This document shows positions 7,668 to 17,192 of a DNA stretch of 25,590 bases, in pieces. Position numbers and translations under genes: made by a program. The stretch is from an uncultured archaeon. GTDB lineage: Archaea > Iainarchaeota > Iainarchaeia > Iainarchaeales > GCA-2688035. Every line of letters starts with the position of its first letter. The stretch's first letter is position 1. The stretch spans positions 1-25,590 of the forward strand of contig CAYHBD010000022.1 in assembly GCA_964354805.1 (NCBI GenBank), written 5' to 3'. The notes below the pieces were generated by a model. That model was not told the origin of the DNA, searched no databases, and saw only the letters and a program-made list of their open reading frames with translations.

Positions 7668-9218
7668 ATGGCCGATTTAAGGGAACAATGCGGCCTTGCC
7701 GCCGTTCATTTGTTCAAGCCATTGCGCGAGCAGCATTTAGGCAAAGCAGCGTACTATTTGTACAGGATGCTTTTGCAGCAGCAGAACAGGGGGCAGGTAA
7801 GCGCAGGCATATCCACTTTTAATGCCGAAAGGGAACAGCTGATTTTGACAAGAAAGGAACTCGGCTTGGTCAACGAGGTTTTCAGGGCAAACCATCCCGA
7901 AAAAAACAATGCAATTCTGCAGCAGTTGTCAGGCTCAAGCGGCATTGGCCATGTAAGGTATGCAACCTGCGGCCAGGACAGAAAAGATTACGCAATGCCG
8001 TTTGAAAGAGTGCACGGCAGGAAATGGAAATGGTTTTCTTTCGGCTTCAACGGAAACCTGGCGAATTTCGTTGAATTGAAAAAAGAACTTGAAGAAGCAA
8101 ATTATCACATAACAAGGGATGTTGACAGCGAAATAATAATGCACTTCATTGCAAAGCAGCTTGTGGGTGAAAACAGGCCTGACTATAAAACAGCTTTCGG
8201 CAACCTTGCAACAGTTTTTGACGGCGCATACAACCTTGTTTACCTGAATGCAGAGGGAACACTGCTTGCTGTAAGAGACCCAATCGGATTCAAGCCACTG
8301 AGCTATGCAAGAGATGATGAAAAAATTTTGATTGCCAGCGAAACAAGCGCATTCAGCGACCAAGGCATTGAAAAAATCAATGATGTTCAGCCAGGCGAAA
8401 TGGTCAAGGTTGAAAACGGCGGAGTTTCAGTTGAAAGATTTGCCAGCAGCAAGAGAACGGCAAGGTGCATGTTTGAATGGGTTTATTTCGCAAATGTAAG
8501 CAGTGTTTTGGATGCTAAGCCTGTTTACGATGTGAGGACAGAGCTTGGAAAAGAGCTTGCAAAAATTGAAACAGAGGAAATAAGCAATGACCATATTGTT
8601 GTCGGAGTGCCTGATACTGCAACTCCTGCTGCAGCAGCAATGGCTTTTGCTTTGGGCGTTCCGCTTAAAGAAGGACTGATCAGAAACAGGTATGTTGGCA
8701 GGACATTCATTGAAAGCAACAACAGGGCTGACAAGGTAAGGGACAAATATACCCTGATAAAAAGTGTTTTGAAAGGGAAAAAGGTTATTCTGGTTGAGGA
8801 CAGCATTGTAAGGGGAACAACAACAGCAGGCGTTGTTGAGAGAGTAAAGAAAGAGGGCAAGGCAAAGGAAGTGCATGTAAGGGTAAGCTGCCCTCCAATC
8901 CGCTACCCCTGCTTTTATGGCATTGACATGTCAACTCTTGGCGAGCTGATTATGCCAAAGCACAGCAGCTATAATCTTATGGATGTCGGCAGCAAGCAGG
9001 TAACTGAAAAAGAGGCAAATGCCGTTGCAAAAGAAATCGGCGCAGACAGCGTAATCTACCAGCCGATTGGCGGCCTAGTTAAAAGCATTGGCTTCAGGGA
9101 AAACGAGCTTTGCCTTGCCTGCCTTAACGGCTGCTATCCGACAGAGTGCGGAAAAGCCCTTTTGTGCAGGGCAGTGCAGCAATTCAAGAAAGGCGGAAGA
9201 AAAAGAACTTATGAGTGA
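7668..9218 (+). CDS. purF: Amidophosphoribosyltransferase
   Basis: Propeptide followed by catalytic CG, QNRGQ, GHVRYAT, CMFEWVYFA, RYVGRTFI, VEDSIVRGTT, PCFYGIDM, CLACLNG. Confidence 0.97.
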   Translation: MADLREQCGLAAVHLFKPLREQHLGKAAYYLYRMLLQQQNRGQVSAGISTFNAEREQLILTRKELGLVNEVFRANHPEKNNAILQQLSGSSGIGHVRYATCGQDRKDYAMPFERVHGRKWKWFSFGFNGNLANFVELKKELEEANYHITRDVDSEIIMHFIAKQLVGENRPDYKTAFGNLATVFDGAYNLVYLNAEGTLLAVRDPIGFKPLSYARDDEKILIASETSAFSDQGIEKINDVQPGEMVKVENGGVSVERFASSKRTARCMFEWVYFANVSSVLDAKPVYDVRTELGKELAKIETEEISNDHIVVGVPDTATPAAAAMAFALGVPLKEGLIRNRYVGRTFIESNNRADKVRDKYTLIKSVLKGKKVILVEDSIVRGTTTAGVVERVKKEGKAKEVHVRVSCPPIRYPCFYGIDMSTLGELIMPKHSSYNLMDVGSKQVTEKEANAVAKEIGADSVIYQPIGGLVKSIGFRENELCLACLNGCYPTECGKALLCRAVQQFKKGGRKRTYE

Positions 9219-9234
9219 AACCGCACTTCCGCAA

Positions 9235-11034
9235 CTATTCCCACTCAATTGTTCCCGGCGGCTTGTGGGTTACATCAAAGAAAACAGCGCCAATGCCTTG
9301 CAGCTGCATTATTTTTTCCGAGATTTCATTTAAAACCGCGAGTGGCATTTCAAAGAAGCTGGCTGTCATTGCCTCTTTGCTCTCAATCGGCCTGAGCACA
9401 ATCGCTTCTCCAATGCCGTTAACCTGCAATGGCAGCAGAATAACAGGGAATTGCCAGATTGCATCCATGAGTCCATGCTTTTCAATTGCGCTTGTTGCAA
9501 TGGTGTCCGCTTCACGCAGCAGTTCAATTCTTCCCTTGGTCAGAGTGGCTTTTGCGAGTTTTATTGAATCAATTTTTTCAGGCGCAACTGCAACCACAAC
9601 CCTGTTAATGCCCCTCAGCCTGTTTGTAATCTCGGTGCTGCATTGCCCTGCTTTTTTCCAGTCAATTTTTCCCTGCAGCAGGGCAACAGATGCATATGTT
9701 CTGCTGTCGCCTTGCACTCCAACGCTTTTAACAGGAAGAACTGTTGCATTAAAATTGAATTTGCCTGCAATTTCCTGAACTTTTTTTTCCAATTCAGCTT
9801 GTTTTTCTGCAATGCCGTTGGAGCAGAGGCACCTTATTGCCAGAGCCGGCCCTGGAAAAGGGTGCCTTGCAATTAGCTCTTTGGGCAATCCAAGCTCTCC
9901 TCCAAGTTGCCTGACTTCATCCTTGTACAATTCCGCGATTGGCTCAATTACCTTGCCTTCGGCAATTAATTGTTTTATGCTTTCAACCCTGTTGTGGTGT
10001 GTTTTGATTTTTGCGGCATGCCTTGTTCCAGCTGTTTCAATTGTGTCAGGGTAAATTGTTCCCTGGCCCAAAATCCATTCATCTGGGTTTAGGTTAAGCT
10101 TTTGCAGTTCCCTGTTCTGCACCTCAATGAATGTTTTGCCGATTATTTCCCTTTTGCGTTCAGGGTCAATAATGCCTGCAAGCTTTTCAAAGAACAGGGT
10201 GCTTGCGTCAACAACATGCAGCTGTGAAAAATTGAGTTTTCTGAGCGCCTGCTCGACTTTTGCCGTTTCACCCTTTCTCATAAAACCTGTGTCAACATGC
10301 ATTGCGTAAATCCTTTCCCTTGGCAGTGCCTTGTTCAAAAGAGCCAATGCGACAGTGCTGTCTACTCCGCCTGAAGCGAGCAGAAAAACCTTTTTGCCGC
10401 CAACCTTTTTCTTTATTTCATTAATCTTTTGCTGCAAAAAATTTTCAATTGTCCAATCAGGGCTGCATTTGCATACTTTGAAAACAAAGTTGCGCAAAAT
10501 GCCAAGGCCATGCGCTGTGTGCGTTACCTCTGGATGGAACTGTAGCCCAAAGTAATTGCGTGAAAAATCTGCAACAGCGGCATTTTCACAATCTGCTGTG
10601 CTGCCAATTGCCTCAAAGCCTTTGGGCAGCCTGCTTACCTTGTCTCCGTGGCTCATCCAGACTGTTTCTTTTGCTGCAAGGCCGGAAAATAATTTTTTTT
10701 GGTTTTTAATCTGCAATTCAGCGATTCCAAATTCCCTTGTCTTTCCTTTCTCAACCTTTCCGCCAAGCTGCCTGGCCATCAGCTGGTGGCCATAGCACAA
10801 TCCAAGCAATGGCACCTGCAAAGAAAAAATTTTTTTATTAAAGAGTGGCGCATCCTTGTCATAAACGCTGGCAGGGCCCCCGCTCAGGATTATGCCGTTT
10901 GCCTGTTCCAGCTGCTGTAGCGAGGCGGTTGGTTCAAGTATTTCCGAGAAAACGTGCAACTGCCTGATGCGCCTGGCTATTAAGTGCCCATATTGCGCAC
11001 CGAAGTCAAGAACTATAATTTTGCTTGCAGCCAT
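9235..11034 (-). CDS. guaA: GMP synthase (glutamine-hydrolysing), fused, with duplicated C-terminal subdomain
   Basis: LDFGAQY, GLCYGHQ, QFHPEV, SGGVDS, GTIYPD, KTHHN, RHPFPGP, KPPGTIEWE. Confidence 0.97.
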   Translation of the reverse strand: MAASKIIVLDFGAQYGHLIARRIRQLHVFSEILEPTASLQQLEQANGIILSGGPASVYDKDAPLFNKKIFSLQVPLLGLCYGHQLMARQLGGKVEKGKTREFGIAELQIKNQKKLFSGLAAKETVWMSHGDKVSRLPKGFEAIGSTADCENAAVADFSRNYFGLQFHPEVTHTAHGLGILRNFVFKVCKCSPDWTIENFLQQKINEIKKKVGGKKVFLLASGGVDSTVALALLNKALPRERIYAMHVDTGFMRKGETAKVEQALRKLNFSQLHVVDASTLFFEKLAGIIDPERKREIIGKTFIEVQNRELQKLNLNPDEWILGQGTIYPDTIETAGTRHAAKIKTHHNRVESIKQLIAEGKVIEPIAELYKDEVRQLGGELGLPKELIARHPFPGPALAIRCLCSNGIAEKQAELEKKVQEIAGKFNFNATVLPVKSVGVQGDSRTYASVALLQGKIDWKKAGQCSTEITNRLRGINRVVVAVAPEKIDSIKLAKATLTKGRIELLREADTIATSAIEKHGLMDAIWQFPVILLPLQVNGIGEAIVLRPIESKEAMTASFFEMPLAVLNEISEKIMQLQGIGAVFFDVTHKPPGTIEWE

Positions 11035-11071
11035 AAAAAAGAAAGGTGGAAAAAGCTTATTTTCCTTTGCG

Positions 11072-14000
11072 TTACGCTTTTTCCATGTATTCCTGCCAGT
11101 GCTTTATTTCCAGGTCATCCAGTTTCTTTTTTGAGATGCTGTGGATGAGCAGCTTTGCCAGCTGCCTGTTTGTAATAAGCGGAATGTTGAAATCTATGGC
11201 GCTTCTCCTCAGCTTGTATTCCGCTTCCAGTGATGCCCTGTCAAATTCGTTTGGAATTGCTATAACCAAATCAAGCTGTTTTTCCCTGAAAAAGTCCATT
11301 ACGTTAGGTTTCCTCTTCTCCTGGATTTTGTGGATTATTCTGCTTTCAATGCCCTGCTTTTTGAGGAAAGCGTGCGTTGTGTCAGTTGCAAAAAGGTTTA
11401 ATCCGATTAGCTTAAGCGCCCTGAATTCGTCGAGCAGGTCAAACCTGTTTTCGTCGCCACTAACCGAAACAAGGACATTTTTTTTGGGCACAATAAACCC
11501 TGCAGCAATAATGCTCTTGAGGAATGCGTCCTCGAAATCCGTTCCAATGCAGGCAACCTCGCCTGTTGAGCTCATTTCAACTCCCAACAGCGGGTCAGCT
11601 CCCTTCAGTCTGCTGAAAGAAAATTGCGGCGCCTTGATGCCTACATGGTCAAGGTCCAGGGCTGATTTTTCAATCCTCTGCATTTTTTCGCCCATTATTG
11701 CCCTTGTCGCAAGCTCAATGAAATTGGTGCCTGATACCTTTGAAACAAATGGAAAGCTCCTTGAAGCCCGCAGGTTCATTTCAATGACTTTTATTTCATT
11801 CTGCTTTGCAAGGAACTGGATATTGAAGGGCCCTGTGATGCACAGCTGCCTGCATAATTTGCTGGCAATCCCCTTTATTCTCCTGACTGTTTCAATGTAT
11901 GTTTTCTGCGGCGGGAAAACCATTGTAGCATCCCCAGAATGGACGCCGGCATTCTCCACATGCTCATTTATTGCGTAAACCACAATCTCGCCAGATGCAG
12001 CAACAGCATCAATCTCGAGTTCCCTTGCGTTTGAAATGAACTTGCTTATCACAACAGGGTATTCTGGGCTGAGAGAAGTTGCCTTTTCAAGGTAATTGCT
12101 TAAATCTTTTGCATTGAATGCAACGCTCATTGCAGCGCCGCTCAGTACATAGCTCGGCCTAACAAGCACTGGGAAGCCTGCCTTTTCGGCAAAGAGCAGG
12201 GCATCCTTTTTGCTTGTCAGCTCTTTCCATTCAGGCTGGTCAATGCCAAGCCTGTCGCATAATTTGCTGAAACTGTGCCTGTTTTCTGCTTTGTCAATGC
12301 TTTCAGGCGATGTGCCGAGGATTTTCACGTTTGCTTTATACAGTTTCATTGCAAGGTTGTTTGGAATCTGACCGCCCATGCTTACCAGAACGCCCAAGGG
12401 CTGTTCTTTCTCGTAAATGTCAAGCACTCTTTCCAGAGAAAGCTCTTCAAAGTATAGCCTGTCGCAGACATCGTAATCTGTGCTGACTGTTTCAGGGTTG
12501 AAATTCACCATAAGCGTGCTGTAACCCATTTTTCTCAAGGTGTTGTTTGCTGTTACTCCGCACCAGTCGAATTCAACGCTGCTTCCAATGCTGTAGCTGC
12601 CGCTGCCAAGCAGCAGCACCTGTTTGTTTTCGCTGCTGTTTGATGCTTGGTTGTTTGCTTTGTTGTTGAATTCAACATCATCCTCAATTCCATTGTAAGT
12701 AACATACAGGTAATTTGTTTTTGCAGGGAACTCTGCCGCAAGAGTGTCGATCTGCTTTACAACAGGCATTATGCCAAGCTGCTTTCTTTTCTCCCTTACA
12801 AGCAATTCGTCTGTTTCGCCAGCAAGCATTGCAATCTGCTTGTCCGAAAAGCCCGCCTTTTTTGCTTCAGCCAGCAGCTGTTCAGGGATGCCTGCAATTG
12901 TGCATTTTTTCAATTCACGTTCAATTTCAACAACTTTTTTCAATTTGAACAAAAACCATTTGTCCACATGGCTCAATTTATACAACTTTTCAATCGGATA
13001 ATTTTTCCTTATTGCCTCAATCAATGCAAAAATCCTCCTGTCTGTAGGGTGCTGAACGCTGTGGACTATTTTTTTAATCAGCAGCTTGTTTCCAACCAGG
13101 CCATACATTCCAATGTTTAGCATCCTTATTGCCTTCTGCATTGCCTCCTCAAATGTCCTACCAATTGCCATTACCTCCCCAACGCTCTTCATTTCAGTGC
13201 CAATCAGGTAACTCACTTTATTGAATTTCTGCAGATCCCATCTCGGAATCTTCACCACACAGTAATCAAGCGCTGGCTCAAAGCATGCAGCTGTCTGCTT
13301 TGTTATCTTATTCTGCAGCTCTGTCAGGCTGTAGCCAAGCGCCAGCTTTGCTGCAATGAATGCAAGCGGGTAGCCTGTTGCCTTGCTTGCCAATGCGCTG
13401 CTTCTGCTCAGCCTTGCATTCACCTCAATAACCCTGTAATCGTCGCTTTTTGGGTCCAAAGCAAACTGTATATTGCACTCGCCGACAATTTTGAAGTGCC
13501 TTATTGCCCTGATTGAAATCTCCCTGAGCTTGTGGTACTCGTTGTTGTTCAGTGTCTGGCTTGGGGCAACAACAATGCTCTCCCCGGTGTGAATTCCCAA
13601 TGGGTCAAAGTTCTCCATGTTGCAGACGGTAATGCAGTTGTCAAAGCAGTCCCTCACCACTTCATATTCGACCTCTTTCCATCCTTCAAGGTATTCCTCA
13701 ACAAGGATCTGGGGCGCGAAAGTAAATGCCTGCTCTACAATGCCCCTCAGCTGCTTTTCGTTTTTTGCAACACCGCTTCCCCTGCCGCCCAAAGCATAGG
13801 CTGCCCTTACAATTATCGGATAGCCTACCTTCTTCGCTGCAAGCATGGCATCCTTTTTGTTTGTAACAGGAATGCTTCTCGGAACTTTCACAGCAATGCT
13901 TTCAAGCTGCTTATTGAACAGCTCCCTGTCCTCTGTGTCAATGATTGCCTGTATTGGCGTTCCCAAAATTTGCACCTTGTGTCGTTGCAGCGCGCCGCTC

Positions 14001-14333
14001 TTAAAAAGCTCTACCCCACAGTTCAATGCTGTCTGGCCTCCGAAGGAAAGCAGTATTCCATCAGGCTTTTCTTTTTCAATCACTTTTTCAACAAAGAAAG
14101 GGTTTACCGGCAAAAAATAAATTTTGTCTGCAAATCCCTTGCTTGTCTGAATTGTTGCAATATTCGGATTGACCAAAACAACCTCAATGCCCTCTTCTTT
14201 CAGTGCCTTGATGCATTGGGAACCGGAGTAATCGAATTGACGGTCTAAAAGGCTAACTGCCTTATAGACTTTCGCCTGCTTCTCCGATTTTCAACGCACC
14301 ACTGCCGAGAACAATAACCTTTTTTGGTTTCAC
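11072..14333 (-). CDS. carB: Carbamoyl-phosphate synthase large subunit; two exons (14333-14271 and 14236-11072), 1075 aa after removal of a 34-nt intron
   Basis: RBS AAGGAGGTGG, then GTG 14333 gives MKPKKVIVLGSGALKIGEAGE. After the insert the frame gives FDYSGSQCIKALKEEGIEVVLVNPNIAT..., two ATP-grasp halves and an MGS domain. The ORF-track start at 14176 is an artefact. Confidence 0.93.
14237..14270 (-). other. Putative bulge-helix-bulge (BHB) intron in carB mRNA, 34 nt
   Basis: AGTCTATAAGGCAGTTAGCCTTTTAGACCGTCAA. Central helix GGCG/CGUC, bulges AA|A and AA|U, 11-position internal stem. Removal restores the conserved GEFDYSG motif. Confidence 0.88.
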
Positions 14334-14349
14334 AAAGCTGCCACCTCCT

Positions 14350-15435
14350 TTATTCTCCTCCAATAATTTTTAAAAATTCATCAAACAAAAACGCTGTATC
14401 AACTGGTCCAGGCGCCGATTCAGGGTGAAATTGAACCGACATGAAAGGCTTGCTCTTATGCTTTATTCCTTCATTTGTGCCATCATTCAAATTCCTGAAC
14501 CAGGGCAGCCAATCGCCTGGCAGTGTTTTTTCATCAACAGCAAAGCCGTGGTTCTGGGAAGTGATATAACATTTTTTTGTTCCAACAATCTGGCATGGCT
14601 GGTTCTGGCTTCTGTGCCCGTATTTCAGCTTATAGGTATCTGCGCCTGCAGCCAATGCGAGAATCTGGTTTCCAAAGCAGATGCCAAAAGTCGGCAATCC
14701 ATATTCAAGCGATTTCTTCACTGTTTCAATTGTTGCCTGCATTGTTTTCGGGTTTCCGGGGCCGTTGCTCACCAGAATTGCATCAAAGTCATATTTTCCA
14801 TTGAACAAATTGTAATCCCATGGAACCCGAAGAACCGAGACATTCCTCTGCAGCAATGACCTTGCAATATTGTTTTTTGCCCCGCAGTCAATCAATGCAA
14901 TTGTTTGCTTACCGTTTTCATGCAAAACAGGCTCTTTGCAGCTTACTTCTGCGGCAAGGTTTCTTTTGTTCGGGTCAACAAAAGGCAATTCTTCATTGCC
15001 AAAAACAATTTTTCCAAGCATTACCCCTTTTTCCCGCAGCTTTTTTGTGAGCGCCCTGCAGTCAATCCCTGTTATTGCAGGAATGCCCTCTTTCTGCAGC
15101 CATTCGGCAAGGCTCTGCTCTGCCTGCCAGTGGCTGAATTGGCTTGAATAGTCTGCCACAATCAGGCCAGTGATTTGCGCTTTTTCAGATTCAAAGTTTT
15201 TGAGCAGGCCAAATTTGTCTTTTTCTTTGCCAGGAACCCCATAGTTTCCAATCAAGGGATATGTCAGAGCAAGGATTTGCCCATTGTAGCTCGGGTCGGT
15301 AAAGCTTTCCGGATAGCCGACCATACCTGTGTTGAATACAACCTCGCCTGCCGTGCTTTTTTCAAAACCGAAAGAAAAACCACTAAAAACAGTTCCGTCT
15401 TCCAGCACAAGAAAGGCATTCACCGGCTTGGGCAC
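14350..15435 (-). CDS. carA: Carbamoyl-phosphate synthase small subunit
   Basis: GEVVFNTGMVGY..TDPSY, SNGPGNP, GICFGNQ, TSQNHGF, QFHPE. RBS AAGGAGG and GTG start. Confidence 0.97.
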   Translation of the reverse strand: MPKPVNAFLVLEDGTVFSGFSFGFEKSTAGEVVFNTGMVGYPESFTDPSYNGQILALTYPLIGNYGVPGKEKDKFGLLKNFESEKAQITGLIVADYSSQFSHWQAEQSLAEWLQKEGIPAITGIDCRALTKKLREKGVMLGKIVFGNEELPFVDPNKRNLAAEVSCKEPVLHENGKQTIALIDCGAKNNIARSLLQRNVSVLRVPWDYNLFNGKYDFDAILVSNGPGNPKTMQATIETVKKSLEYGLPTFGICFGNQILALAAGADTYKLKYGHRSQNQPCQIVGTKKCYITSQNHGFAVDEKTLPGDWLPWFRNLNDGTNEGIKHKSKPFMSVQFHPESAPGPVDTAFLFDEFLKIIGGE

Positions 15436-15548
15436 AGCAACGCCTCCTTTTCGATAAAGCCATTAAAAAAAGCCTTTTTTGCCAATGCAAAAAAGCCTTG
15501 GGAAAAAAGCTTCGCAAAACAAAAAAAAGAGAAACAAAAAAGCTTCAT
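15420..15548 (-). CDS. Putative 42-aa leader ORF of carAB (U-rich)
   Basis: ATG about 29 nt after TTTTTAAA. MKLFCFSFFCFAKLFSQGFFALAKKAFFNGFIEKEALLCPSR*, overlapping the carA start. Confidence 0.3.
   Translation of the reverse strand: MKLFCFSFFCFAKLFSQGFFALAKKAFFNGFIEKEALLCPSR
15465..15495 (-). terminator. Hairpin plus U7 in the carA leader (attenuator-like)
   Basis: CTTTTTTGC-ATTG-GCAAAAAAG perfect 9-bp stem, then GC and T7. Confidence 0.6.
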
Positions 15549-15561
15549 TCTAAAAGAGGAA

Positions 15562-15584
15562 TGATGGCGCCATCAGTTTAAAAA
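15562..15584 (-). promoter_or_regulatory. carAB TATA box plus 14-bp palindrome
   Basis: TTTTTAAA (15584-15577) followed by the perfect palindrome TGATGGCGCCATCA (15562-15575). Confidence 0.5.
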
Positions 15585-15606
15585 GCTAATGCAAAAAACC
15601 AGCTGC

Positions 15607-17139
15607 TTACTGTTGCTTTCTTCTCGCAATCGCATTCAGCATTTTTTCAGTTGCTTTTACAGCAGCCATTACCTGATCGGAGTCAACGCCGATTGTTGCA
15701 AAGCTTTTGTTATCCCCTGTTTGCCATGTGATTGTTGTCTCAACCAATGCATCCGTTGCGCCGCCAGGCGGGATTCTCACTTCATAATCAACAAGCAGCG
15801 GCAGTTTCAACCCAATCCTTTCCGCGATTTTTGCCAGGGCATTCATGAAAGCGTCATATCCCCCGTCTCCAACAGCGCTTTCGCTATATTCTCTTCCATT
15901 AACTTGCAGGGTAAAAGAGGCATTCGGTTTTATGCCAGTGCCGCTGCTCACAGTGCAGCTTTTTATTCTCGCCATTCGCTCTTCAGGCGTATCCAAAACA
16001 TCTGCAACAATATATGGCAAATCCTCTGTTGTGACAATTTTCTTTGTGTCGCCCAATTCTACAACCCTTTGCAGAACCCTCTTTTTGTCATCTTCGCTTA
16101 AATGCAATCCAAGCTGGTCCAGATTCTGCTCCAGGCTTGCTTTTCCGCTCAGCTTTCCCAAAGCATACTGCCTTTCCTTTCCAAAGCGTTCAGGCCTTAA
16201 TTTGCTTTCATACAGCCTTGCTTTTTTGTCTCCGTCAGCATGAACGCCTGCTGTCTGCGTGAAAACATTGCTGCCGACAATAGGCTTGTTTGCGGCAATT
16301 CTTTTCCCTGAAAATGTTTCAACTATTTTGCTCATTCTTGCAAGATTTTTTTCAACAACATTGCATTCAAAATCTGTTTTGTCATTCAATACGGCAACTG
16401 TTTCCTCCAGAGCAGCGTTTCCAGCTCTTTCACCCAGGCCATTCACTGTTACATGCACTCCACTGCAGCCTGCTTTTACTGCAGCCAGATTGTTTGCTAC
16501 TGCCATTCCATAATCATTGTGGCCGTGGAACTCAAAGTGTGCTTTTGGGAATCTTTCAACCATTTCTTTTGCAAAAGCGAATGTTTCATCCGGCGAAAGA
16601 ATGCCAAGAGTGTCAGTCAAAAAAATTCTCTGCACAGGCATTTTCTGCAAAGCAGAAATCAGTTGCATTACATATTGTTTGTTTTCCTGCACCCCATTGC
16701 TCCAGTCCTCCAGAAAAACATTTACATTTATTCCCTTGCTTTTTGCATAATTAATTGTTTTCCTAATATCTTCAATGTGTTCAGAGGGTTTTTTCCTTAA
16801 CTGTTCAGTTAAATGTTTCAGGCTTCCTTTTGCAAGCAGGTTCAATGTCTTTGCCCCTGTTGCAACAAGCCAATCAACGCTCTTTTGCCCATCAACAAAT
16901 CCAAGCACTTCAATTCTTTCAAGCAAGCCATTTGCTGCAGCCCACTTGGTTATTCCCTTGACAGCTTCCATTTCGCCTGGGCTTGCCCTTGCAGAGGCAA
17001 CCTCTGCCCTGTCAACTTTTACTTCCTGCAGCAGTATTTGCGCAATGCCCAGCTTTTCCTCTGGCGTAAAAGCAATGCCCTGCATCTGCTCTCCATCGCG
17101 CAGCGTGGTATCCATTATTTCAACCAAATTTTTAGCCAT
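15607..17139 (-). CDS. cimA: (R)-citramalate synthase / 2-isopropylmalate synthase family
   Basis: DTTLRDGEQ, HGHNDYG, GLGERAGN and a C-terminal LeuA-type regulatory domain. LEDWSNG and GVHADGD resemble Leptospira/Bacteroidetes-type CimA. Confidence 0.85.
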   Translation of the reverse strand: MAKNLVEIMDTTLRDGEQMQGIAFTPEEKLGIAQILLQEVKVDRAEVASARASPGEMEAVKGITKWAAANGLLERIEVLGFVDGQKSVDWLVATGAKTLNLLAKGSLKHLTEQLRKKPSEHIEDIRKTINYAKSKGINVNVFLEDWSNGVQENKQYVMQLISALQKMPVQRIFLTDTLGILSPDETFAFAKEMVERFPKAHFEFHGHNDYGMAVANNLAAVKAGCSGVHVTVNGLGERAGNAALEETVAVLNDKTDFECNVVEKNLARMSKIVETFSGKRIAANKPIVGSNVFTQTAGVHADGDKKARLYESKLRPERFGKERQYALGKLSGKASLEQNLDQLGLHLSEDDKKRVLQRVVELGDTKKIVTTEDLPYIVADVLDTPEERMARIKSCTVSSGTGIKPNASFTLQVNGREYSESAVGDGGYDAFMNALAKIAERIGLKLPLLVDYEVRIPPGGATDALVETTITWQTGDNKSFATIGVDSDQVMAAVKATEKMLNAIARRKQQ

Positions 17140-17192
17140 TCAAGTCACTTCCATTAAAACAAGTTGCAGCACTAAACAAATTCGGTAGAATT

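Noticed and set aside
11046-11978. Long + strand ORFs (11046-11978, 13532-14248, 19824-20780 and others)
   Set aside because: Antisense shadows of carB and cysS with no protein motifs.
12625-12670. Asn/Ser-rich stretch in CarB as a second, in-frame intron
   Set aside because: It lies in the variable inter-domain linker and has no hairpin or BHB.
11072-14176. ORF-track carB starting at TTG 14176, or carB as a simple frameshifted pseudogene
   Set aside because: The conserved N-terminus and RBS lie upstream. The insert's BHB geometry predicts exactly the frame-restoring cuts, and the remaining 1054 codons are intact.
14237-14270. Insert as a MITE or transposon footprint with an AA target duplication
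   Set aside because: Very short, and its 3' end pairs with exon sequence to make the 4-bp helix, which a MITE does not explain. Not formally excluded.
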